In this document: in pieces, positions 9,438 to 16,805 of the stretch
Position numbering within the stretch: the stretch's first letter is position 1
Layout: every line of letters starts with the position of its first letter
From: a virus
Length of the DNA: 64,000 nucleotides
Virus record (IMG/VR): IMGVR_UViG_3300021091_000012
Reading direction: 5' to 3' (one strand)
Notes under the pieces: model-generated
Databases searched by the model: none
What the model was told of the DNA's origin: nothing
The model's input: only the letters and a program-made list of their open reading frames with translations
Translations under genes and position numbers: made by a program

Positions 9438-10439
9438 TTAACAAACTAAACTTCTATAAACTTCTACAGGAACATCAGATGTTAAGCCACCCTCAACTCC
9501 CTTCACAATAACCGATATAGCATCGTGTGAGTGTAGCGATTCCAAATGTGAACATATCACTTTAAAGTCTAAAACCCTTGAGTGTTCATCTAATCTCTGA
9601 TGTAACAGTCTAGCAGCATCCTCAACAAACTTCAGATTTGCACCATTTAGTTCAGCAAAAGCCTGCTCATCCTCACGTTTAACCATTACTTGTGTTTCTG
9701 TCTGTAAAGCTTCAATACATAGGTCTCTCACATCCTCAATCCAAATCATATCGTCAAACTCTATTGTAATTCGTGTTTTTGATCGTTGAGAGTGTGATAC
9801 AACTGCCTTATTGCGCTCCTCCATCGCTTGCATAGCCAGCTCAAAGCTGCAAGGACATGCTGATGAATATACAAAATCGAAGTGTAGGTATTTCTTGAGA
9901 TCACCGTTTTGTTTGTGATGAGCTTCTAACGATACGTTATAGTATTGGTAACCAGATAGACCACTTCTCAGTGAGTTTTGGATTATTGGAAATGAGAAGT
10001 TTAATATAATGTGTGCATCATATGATCCTAATTTCTCTTTGTACGATTTTAATACAGTCTCTAGTAAATCAATCGAGAACGTATTATCTTTGTATTCATA
10101 GAATGTTCTCATAATTCTTGACATGTTAATGCCCTTCTTCTCAGCCTCTAATGATACAGTTCCCGTTACAGAAGTCTCTAACTCGATCTCTCCGCCTTCC
10201 TTTAATTTATACTTAATAGGAAGTCTGAAATTATGAATACCTACTTGTTGTATTTTTACATGCGAACCTTGTATGTTAGAGGATGGTCCATTTTGTAAAT
10301 CGTGCAATGTACACACATACTCTTCATTGGATTTGAAATCCTTATCATACGATCTGTCTAGTTTGTTAGAAAGTGAATTAGGATTGTCTTTGTATGGGAT
10401 ACCGCAATCGTCTCCCAACCACTCGTAGTTTCCTGCCAT
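9438..10439 (-). CDS. folE2: GTP cyclohydrolase I type IB
   Basis: IQQVGI, KGINMSRI, SSACPCS, HSQRS, VKREDEQ, FVEDAAR, ESLHSHDA. Confidence 0.93.
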   Translation of the reverse strand: MAGNYEWLGDDCGIPYKDNPNSLSNKLDRSYDKDFKSNEEYVCTLHDLQNGPSSNIQGSHVKIQQVGIHNFRLPIKYKLKEGGEIELETSVTGTVSLEAEKKGINMSRIMRTFYEYKDNTFSIDLLETVLKSYKEKLGSYDAHIILNFSFPIIQNSLRSGLSGYQYYNVSLEAHHKQNGDLKKYLHFDFVYSSACPCSFELAMQAMEERNKAVVSHSQRSKTRITIEFDDMIWIEDVRDLCIEALQTETQVMVKREDEQAFAELNGANLKFVEDAARLLHQRLDEHSRVLDFKVICSHLESLHSHDAISVIVKGVEGGLTSDVPVEVYRSLVC

Positions 10440-10457
10440 AGTTGTTTTTTTGCTTTA

Positions 10458-10937
10458 TTAATAGTTGTGTATAATTTGTAACCTTTCTTCGAATATATTA
10501 AAAATCTTTTGACATTCCAACTCGATTGGCATATTGTCTGCTAAATCGAAAGGCTCAACGTCTTTTTCTGCATTGCGTGTTTCGTATCGTCGTTTACGTG
10601 TTTCGGTAGGAACTTCTATCCATATTAGTTCGCTTTTTGGATAATACTCCAGCACTTTTTCAACAATACTAGCTTGTCGGATCCCGTCAACAATAATTGT
10701 TTTTCTTTCAATGAGATTTTTTTCTATTGCTGTTGTTAATGCATCTAAGCAGCTAATAATCTCTTCAGCAATTCGCTCATCCAAATGCATTGTTTGTTGT
10801 AGTTTGTTGCGATCTTTGCTTTGTATTAAATCGCGAACAATATTAGATACCACTATACGATAGCTAGTAGTGTCATTAAAGGACGACTTTCCGCTACATA
10901 TTCGTCCAAACAAAAAAAGTATATCTGATTTTTTCAT
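10458..10937 (-). CDS. P-loop nucleoside/nucleotide-monophosphate kinase-like protein (probable start 10937)
   Basis: LFGRICSGKS Walker A, IIVDGIR Walker B-like, RxxR lid (ETRKRR); ATGA overlap with the upstream gene. Confidence 0.7.
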   Translation of the reverse strand: MKKSDILFLFGRICSGKSSFNDTTSYRIVVSNIVRDLIQSKDRNKLQQTMHLDERIAEEIISCLDALTTAIEKNLIERKTIIVDGIRQASIVEKVLEYYPKSELIWIEVPTETRKRRYETRNAEKDVEPFDLADNMPIELECQKIFNIFEERLQIIHNY

Positions 10938-11275
10938 AACTCTACTATACCAAAAAATTCTCCATCTTCCGACACTGAGCATCGACAAAGTCCAAAGTAA
11001 TTTAATAAATCTTCTGCTATCATTTCACAAGACATAGCTCCAAAGTTGCAGCAACCGTAGGCTGGATCGTACCAAGTGCTTGCAATATATTTCTTGATCT
11101 TGTGCTTGAAGTCAATGAACTCAATATCACGATCACCATGACTTACCTCTGCTCTACAAACAATCTGAAAGGTGTGTCTATGTAGATGTGCTAAATAATC
11201 TACGTGTGGCAAGTTGCAATCTGGCCAGTGATGCAATCCTTCTACATCTATTCTTATTTCTACAAACTTCTTCAT
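10934..11275 (-). CDS. dpdL: QueD-paralogous T-fold protein, DpdL-like (predicted CDG decarboxylase)
   Basis: HHWPDC, LAHLHRHTF (LxxxHRHxF), DRDIEF, SCEMIAE, VSEDGE; a separate canonical QueD is also present. Confidence 0.65.
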   Translation of the reverse strand: MKKFVEIRIDVEGLHHWPDCNLPHVDYLAHLHRHTFQIVCRAEVSHGDRDIEFIDFKHKIKKYIASTWYDPAYGCCNFGAMSCEMIAEDLLNYFGLCRCSVSEDGEFFGIVEL

Positions 11276-11757
11276 TACTTCTTATCTTTATCTTTTTGCC
11301 ATTGACCATCGTACAAATCCGCTGGAGTATTCTCTAGCATGATTATCTGAGCTACTCGTGCTCCTTTCTCAATGTGCATTTTATTGTTAACAAACATAAC
11401 TCCACCCATCTCATCTACTTCAAATCCTGGATCATAAACTCCAGATGTGATGATTGCTCCACAGCGTAGAATGGATGATCTGTGTCGAATAAATGCCGTC
11501 CTATTCTCAGGAAGCTTGCAGCCTTGATCGAACGTCAACGAATATACTCCCGGCTCGAGTGTAAAGATATATTTACCGGTTGGTGATAGGGTTGGTTGAA
11601 CTAGCTCGTAATCTTCTACGACGGTTTTGTCTTTGAGGACCATGCCTCCATAAACCCTATTGACTGCTTTTAGTGTGAGGTCGTAACCTACTTGAGCTTT
11701 TGCTCCTTTGTTATTTGTCTGTAGCAACTCGGCTACTTGATCTGCGTTTAATAACAT
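11275..11757 (-). CDS. trimeric dUTPase / dCTP-deaminase-fold protein
   Basis: GYDL, RSS, SGVYDPGF, GARVAQ, C-terminal YDGQWQ; the deaminase-type Glu after the DPG motif is not obvious. Confidence 0.8.
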   Translation of the reverse strand: MLLNADQVAELLQTNNKGAKAQVGYDLTLKAVNRVYGGMVLKDKTVVEDYELVQPTLSPTGKYIFTLEPGVYSLTFDQGCKLPENRTAFIRHRSSILRCGAIITSGVYDPGFEVDEMGGVMFVNNKMHIEKGARVAQIIMLENTPADLYDGQWQKDKDKK

Positions 11758-11777
11758 AACTTCTGATTGATTTTAAA

Positions 11778-11808
11778 TTAATATATGATAAGCTTTCGTA
11801 ATTTGCAA
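11778..11808 (-). promoter_or_regulatory. TTG-N20-TATATTAA promoter driving dut-dpdL-kinase-folE2-dpdA
   Basis: Exact 20-nt spacer. Confidence 0.6.
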
Positions 11809-11882
11809 CTACTAAATCTAGTAAGTCTAGGTGGCCTACATTGTCTGGGCATAGGCCTATAATATGTAACAGTTCGTGCATG

Positions 11883-12659
11883 CTAAACTCCTCTCTTTGT
11901 ATCGTAAGCAATAATATGATCTCGTCCAGTCATGTTGTAACCCTTTTCAGCACACATCTCAAAAACAATAGGATACATCTTGATAAGCTCTTCTCTTGTA
12001 TCGCCAGCTGGCATAATATACGTCTTTTCTTTTGGAATCAAAAGCTCTAGTCTAAAATTTTCTATTTCTTTAAGATTGGATTCTGTACCATCCCATACCG
12101 GCTTGTAGTGATAATCTGAATGGTAGGTCAATGTTTCTTTTATTGCTGATATGTTTAACCTAAACTTGTTATGCTGCGCAACCATCCTTTCATCCGTAAT
12201 CGTGCCTTGCGGCGTAGGAGTACCCACAACGGGAACGCTATTGCTAAACTTAGGACTAAGACTGATAAGCCCAATAGGATAATCGGTAGCAATAAAATGC
12301 GAGCCCTCAGTTTCAATTGTGATAAGAATGTCTTTTTCATGTGCAAAATGGGTTAGCTCGTTTACTAATGCTGGATGCATTGTAGGTGATCCACCAGTAA
12401 GCATCATCTCCTTAACGTGTGGATTCTCGTCATATATCCTTATGATATCATTAAACGTGAAGGTCCCCTTCTCTGGATGAATACTAGTGTACCAGCTGTC
12501 GCACCATCCTCCTTCTCCAAAGAAGCATCTGTGAGTGCATCCGGTTGTTCGTACTGCGATTGTTGGTCGGCCAAATCTTGACCCTTCTGATTGTACACAT
12601 CGATAGAGTTCAACTATCGGTAGTATTTTATTGTAATCTGTAACTCTTCCTGGTTTCAT
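11883..12659 (-). CDS. queE: 7-carboxy-7-deazaguanine synthase (radical SAM)
   Basis: ELYRCVQSEG, VRTTGC, CTHRC-x7-CDS, LTGGSP, IETEG, SLSPK. Confidence 0.92.
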   Translation of the reverse strand: MKPGRVTDYNKILPIVELYRCVQSEGSRFGRPTIAVRTTGCTHRCFFGEGGWCDSWYTSIHPEKGTFTFNDIIRIYDENPHVKEMMLTGGSPTMHPALVNELTHFAHEKDILITIETEGSHFIATDYPIGLISLSPKFSNSVPVVGTPTPQGTITDERMVAQHNKFRLNISAIKETLTYHSDYHYKPVWDGTESNLKEIENFRLELLIPKEKTYIMPAGDTREELIKMYPIVFEMCAEKGYNMTGRDHIIAYDTKRGV

Positions 12660-12660
12660 A

Positions 12661-12894
12661 TTAAAAAGGTAAATCGTCGTCTAAGATTTCTTGAACTGTT
12701 TGATTTGGTTTTTTAAAGTACTCATCCAAAAAAGTTGCTGGATACTTTAAAACTAAACCTGAGTAATTTGGATTCTCAACTTCGTGTGATGTTGCCCTTA
12801 TTCCCTTAGCTTTTGCAGCGGCATAAACTTCTTTTCCTAGTTTGGAACCAGCAGGTTTGCCAAGGTACTCGTACAGTGATAAATAGTTTTCCAT
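12661..12894 (-). CDS. hypothetical protein
   Basis: LSLYEYLGKPAG; ends DDLPF. Confidence 0.6.
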   Translation of the reverse strand: MENYLSLYEYLGKPAGSKLGKEVYAAAKAKGIRATSHEVENPNYSGLVLKYPATFLDEYFKKPNQTVQEILDDDLPF

Positions 12895-12961
12895 GTAACC
12901 TTATTTTGTGATTGTGTAAATTATTTTAACATCTCCTACTGTGCTTGTAGTAGTCCAGTAA

Positions 12962-13438
12962 TTATTCTTCATAGATACTTGAGTTTTTATCGTTTTCAAA
13001 ACATTCAACTTTAATGCACTTGCAACGTCCTGCATCTGTTTTAGACAACACGTCGTTGAATTTATCGTACACTAGCTTTGCACAAGACTCTGCTCCCATC
13101 TTCTCCATGAAGTGAACTTTAGCAAGTCCCATCTGGCCTAGCTGTTCAAATATATCTGCATACGGATCATCCTTTTGAATTAGTAAAGTGTGATCCCACA
13201 TATGATCCATCCACGACTTTAAGCCGTTGCCTACTGGAGCATCTTTGAAACCTCCATAGTCCACAATCCAATTCATATCATCTAGTTGATTTTCTTCTAG
13301 TGGTTCGTTGGATGCAAACCAAACTTTAAACTTTAGAGCATATCCGTGTAGCAATTCACAATGTGAGTGTGATGCTTTCCATTGACGGATTGCAACTGAG
13401 TAATTGTCAAATAACTTTGTTGAAATGTATCTACCCAT
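12962..13438 (-). CDS. queD: 6-carboxytetrahydropterin synthase
   Basis: CELLHGY (CxxxHGH-like), DYG, WDHTLL, AES, FEN T-fold motifs. Confidence 0.88.
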   Translation of the reverse strand: MGRYISTKLFDNYSVAIRQWKASHSHCELLHGYALKFKVWFASNEPLEENQLDDMNWIVDYGGFKDAPVGNGLKSWMDHMWDHTLLIQKDDPYADIFEQLGQMGLAKVHFMEKMGAESCAKLVYDKFNDVLSKTDAGRCKCIKVECFENDKNSSIYEE

Positions 13439-13613
13439 TTTTCTTTGATTTTTTAGATGTTTTAATCTCTGTATCTATTTTAGTAGGAAGTTGTATTGTA
13501 ACATATTCCGGAAAGAACATATTTAAACCTACTCCCGTACAGACTGTAATTGTACTTTTTTTTGCCATAACTTTTTGATGTAATTCCCAATCTATAATAC
13601 AACTGTCTTTCAT
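13431..13613 (-). CDS. small hypothetical protein
   Basis: Overlapping start/stop coupling with neighbours. Confidence 0.45.
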   Translation of the reverse strand: MKDSCIIDWELHQKVMAKKSTITVCTGVGLNMFFPEYVTIQLPTKIDTEIKTSKKSKKNG

Positions 13614-14062
13614 GTGCTTTGTAATTGTTTTTCACTTACTGTACTATACAAAAAATAAAACTCTCTAGCACCAGGAATGTCCTTTTTTATTGCCTCTTGA
13701 AAAGTCTCTTCCCAAACGTCAATACCAAACTCTCGAATTAAACAGAATCTTAATTCCATTAGACGTGAAGCTTCCTCATTATAGTAATCCTCCATCAGCC
13801 TATTGTAGCGCTTACGGTACTTACGTTCAATCTCTAGATATCGCTCATCGTTTTGTGGATCACTTCCTTTGTAGTTTTTAGTGAACTGCTGTAGCTCTTT
13901 CTCGCAACGATTTAATTCTTCCTCAGCTTGTCTTTTGTAGTCTGAGTGATCGAAGTCTCCGTGATCTATTTGTTGAAGTAAAAAGGGAATGCCTTTCTTA
14001 GCATTCTTACGTTGTAACCTAGCTTTGGGACGATAACGTCTCCACCAATTGAATTTACTCAT
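13610..14062 (-). CDS. hypothetical protein
   Basis: ORF in operon. Confidence 0.6.
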   Translation of the reverse strand: MSKFNWWRRYRPKARLQRKNAKKGIPFLLQQIDHGDFDHSDYKRQAEEELNRCEKELQQFTKNYKGSDPQNDERYLEIERKYRKRYNRLMEDYYNEEASRLMELRFCLIREFGIDVWEETFQEAIKKDIPGAREFYFLYSTVSEKQLQST

Positions 14063-14063
14063 A

Positions 14064-14252
14064 TTATTCTATAACTTGTGCGTCTTCTATTATTCGACAA
14101 AGATACAAAAGCCCATCTTTTCTTAATACCGTATCACACATATAGTATTCCTTTGCTTCCTCAGTTGGAAAGTTTGGGTGATCTCTAAATGTTCGATATA
14201 CTATGAATAGGTTGCCTCGAAATGTAACTATTTGTTTCTCTCTAAATGACAT
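14064..14252 (-). CDS. small hypothetical protein
   Basis: Directly follows the promoter at 14257-14287. Confidence 0.6.
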   Translation of the reverse strand: MSFREKQIVTFRGNLFIVYRTFRDHPNFPTEEAKEYYMCDTVLRKDGLLYLCRIIEDAQVIE

Positions 14253-14256
14253 AAAT

Positions 14257-14295
14257 TAAATATACTAAAAAAGGCTTACATTTGCAAGCCTTTTA
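14257..14295 (-). promoter_or_regulatory. TTG-N20-TATATTTA promoter embedded in a terminator hairpin
   Basis: AAAAGGCTTGCA-AA-TGTAAGCCTTTTTT hairpin contains the TTG; -7 box lies just past the T run. Confidence 0.65.
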
Positions 14296-14300
14296 GAAAT

Positions 14301-15665
14301 TTAATACTCCTCTTCTTCCGAGACTAACCCAGACATTCTGCCTAATTTAAGAGCAAAAGCTACACCCTGAATACCTGCCTTTTCGCGATAAGATGGAATT
14401 GTTAATCCTATGTTTGTAAAAATATGTGGCATAAGTCCTTCTGAAGTTGCTGGAAAGACTAGTGCGCTAAAGTCACCCTTACTGGGTGCTTCGTCGGCTA
14501 CTGAAGCATCTGTGACGATAAACATTTTACCTGCATCTGCTTCCATACTCATATAGTAATCTAAATACTTACCAGCAAACTCTGCTAAGAAGTTCTTTCG
14601 ATTTAATGTTCCGTCTTTTTTTAGATGGTTAGCAATCCACATCCAATTACTCGGTGACTTCCAATTTGACAGCGCACTACCAAAACCCACTGCCATAGCT
14701 CCTATCAACTCCTCCTGTGTTACCGGTTCGGAGTCTTCTTTTGTCTTCTCGATTAGTTGCCTATTCATCTCCTCCAACGCCGACATCCAACCTTTATTCC
14801 AGTCAGATCCATAACGTGCATCGTCCTCAATCACATTAAAAACACCCACTTCATCACCTCCCAGAGGCTTGGCGCCACCAGATAATGATACTCCCTTCAC
14901 GATGAGCCCCTTACTCTTAGCCAATTCCTCGTAGCCACGTTTAAATCCTGCCTGAGCTTCTCCAGAGCTTCCTAACCCTTTTTGGGAGCGAAGACGTTTG
15001 TTGAACCCACCCACCTCAAACGGCTGACCACCTACAACCAAGTCTCCGGACTTTGTAGGTCGTTGACCCCCTTTTAGGAGGACTGCTAATAACACCTCGA
15101 TTGTACCTAGTTGTGGTGTTGCACTCCAACGATACAATGCCAAGTCTCCTAGGGTGCTTGCAGATAATCCGGTATCTTTAAACGCATCCGATAACTTAAC
15201 AGGACTTCCTTGAAATACTGCAACATCTACCGTTGGATCTAAGAGATAGGTATGTAGCTTCATTTGATCAGTATCTTCAGCAAGTAGGATGTCCACAACC
15301 TCATCTGTGTGACTTTTGTCGTTACCAAGATGTTCCGCCACCGCCTGCTCGATAGGTACTTCAAAGTTTGCATTTCGACGAATGAGTTTCTGAATTTTTG
15401 TAATAGTTTTTGGAGACATTACAACTTTAGGATCTGACAGAGCAGCTATTAGTTGCTCTTTTGTCATTTGTACAACTTGTGACACCTCCTCAGGTTCTAC
15501 TTTCTTCTTCGCTTCGAGATTAAGTGGTTCATCAAATCCATACTCAGCCATAACCTCTTGAAGAACTTTTAGCTCTTTCTTGTTAGTGAACTTACCATCC
15601 TTCATTGTAGGATAGCCTTTTGGTAGTCTGTACGACCACTCTACTACTATTTCATCCCAATTCAT
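14301..15665 (-). CDS. hypothetical protein, possible degenerate restriction-endonuclease-fold domain
   Basis: EWSYRLPKGYP N-domain, LNLE linker, G..E..L...GDL...FEVG (Lys missing). Confidence 0.5.
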   Translation of the reverse strand: MNWDEIVVEWSYRLPKGYPTMKDGKFTNKKELKVLQEVMAEYGFDEPLNLEAKKKVEPEEVSQVVQMTKEQLIAALSDPKVVMSPKTITKIQKLIRRNANFEVPIEQAVAEHLGNDKSHTDEVVDILLAEDTDQMKLHTYLLDPTVDVAVFQGSPVKLSDAFKDTGLSASTLGDLALYRWSATPQLGTIEVLLAVLLKGGQRPTKSGDLVVGGQPFEVGGFNKRLRSQKGLGSSGEAQAGFKRGYEELAKSKGLIVKGVSLSGGAKPLGGDEVGVFNVIEDDARYGSDWNKGWMSALEEMNRQLIEKTKEDSEPVTQEELIGAMAVGFGSALSNWKSPSNWMWIANHLKKDGTLNRKNFLAEFAGKYLDYYMSMEADAGKMFIVTDASVADEAPSKGDFSALVFPATSEGLMPHIFTNIGLTIPSYREKAGIQGVAFALKLGRMSGLVSEEEEY

Positions 15666-15958
15666 TACTTACCTGATTTTGGACGCTCAAATGGTGTACC
15701 GTCTTGTACTTTACCATCGCCATCACCATCCCTTGCGTCTTCTTTAAACGTGATCTTAGGTTGCTCTGTTGATTCTATACAACCTAGCTCGTCCCACATT
15801 GCCTGATCGACGTATCCTGTGTTAGGAAGTCCTCGGCTCATTTGCCACGATAATACTGCATGATATGTTTGCTGATCAAACCATCCGTCCGGATGCAATC
15901 CCAATGCCAACTGTACTGCTTTGATCTGTTTGCTTTTTTGTCCAAATTCTAATTTCAT
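15665..15958 (-). CDS. peptidoglycan-binding-domain protein
   Basis: VQLALGL.PDG.F...T..AV..WQ...GL..TG.VD..W PGBD; C-terminal DARDGDGDGKVQDGTP motif. Confidence 0.8.
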   Translation of the reverse strand: MKLEFGQKSKQIKAVQLALGLHPDGWFDQQTYHAVLSWQMSRGLPNTGYVDQAMWDELGCIESTEQPKITFKEDARDGDGDGKVQDGTPFERPKSGK

Positions 15959-15972
15959 GTTGTATGTTTTTA

Positions 15973-16581
15973 TTAAAATTCATTAATTAAACAATAAGTC
16001 ACGTGGGTTTGTGTCTTATCCTTTGCTGCTTTGCGGTACCATTTCATTTGCTCCATATACTTTGCTCTGTCATTTACTACCTGACATCCAGCACTCCACG
16101 CATCAATAGTTGCCTTTTTCATTTTCAAACTTGCATCCGAAAAGTCATAAGTGTTGGTGTGATAGTTGATACCATACCAACCTGCGATTGGCTTTCCTAA
16201 TTCTTCACTCTTACCGTCATTATCTCCGTCTCGATATACGTCTATTGTTGCACCAGTTTGTAATAGTGCTGGCATTTTTCCTCTATGAGAACCAAACTGC
16301 CAAACATTATAATACCACTTATCGGCTGCAACAACTGCAGCGCCTACTGAGTTGAAAGACTTGTAACCTCCTTTAAGTATTGTAAGTCCTGGATGGGTTG
16401 TTGCTGAAACGACTGTAAGAAATTTCTCACTCTCAAACTGATAAATCTTGTCGTCGAATAGATTTGGTTGATCTTCTTTTGATCTTACTCCAATGTGCCA
16501 TCTGCCTTTTGGAATTTCTTTGAAACTAGGCAAGCTCTTTACCTTGTCTAATAACTCTTTGTCTGTGTAATTTCGTACCAT
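15973..16581 (-). CDS. putative cell-wall hydrolase (His/Cys, L,D-transpeptidase-like)
   Basis: GINYH...WSAGCQV; coupled to the PGBD gene. Confidence 0.55.
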   Translation of the reverse strand: MVRNYTDKELLDKVKSLPSFKEIPKGRWHIGVRSKEDQPNLFDDKIYQFESEKFLTVVSATTHPGLTILKGGYKSFNSVGAAVVAADKWYYNVWQFGSHRGKMPALLQTGATIDVYRDGDNDGKSEELGKPIAGWYGINYHTNTYDFSDASLKMKKATIDAWSAGCQVVNDRAKYMEQMKWYRKAAKDKTQTHVTYCLINEF

Positions 16582-16590
16582 ACTTTAAAT

Positions 16591-16803
16591 TTAATCAATA
16601 CTATTAGCTCCCTTTGTGTGCTTTGGTTCGTAAGGACAATGCCTACAACCATTTCCGCAACACTGACCTCTACGTTTATGGTAAGATTCAGTGAAAACTA
16701 ACTTACCATCTTCGTAGTAAAAGTCAGTAGGAAGAAGCTTAGGTTTACTAACCTCCTTCACATACTGTTGAAATATCCAATCCTGTGATGGGTTTCTGAT
16801 CAT
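16591..16803 (-). CDS. small Cys-rich protein (DUF5522-like)
   Basis: DFYYE.G..VFTE.YH..RGQCCGNGCRHCPY. Confidence 0.7.
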   Translation of the reverse strand: MIRNPSQDWIFQQYVKEVSKPKLLPTDFYYEDGKLVFTESYHKRRGQCCGNGCRHCPYEPKHTKGANSID

Positions 16804-16805
16804 AG

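Noticed and set aside
11711-11911. 66-aa ORF between queE and the dUTPase-fold gene
   Set aside because: Overlaps both neighbours and contains the promoter; may be real from ATG 11881 but the evidence is insufficient
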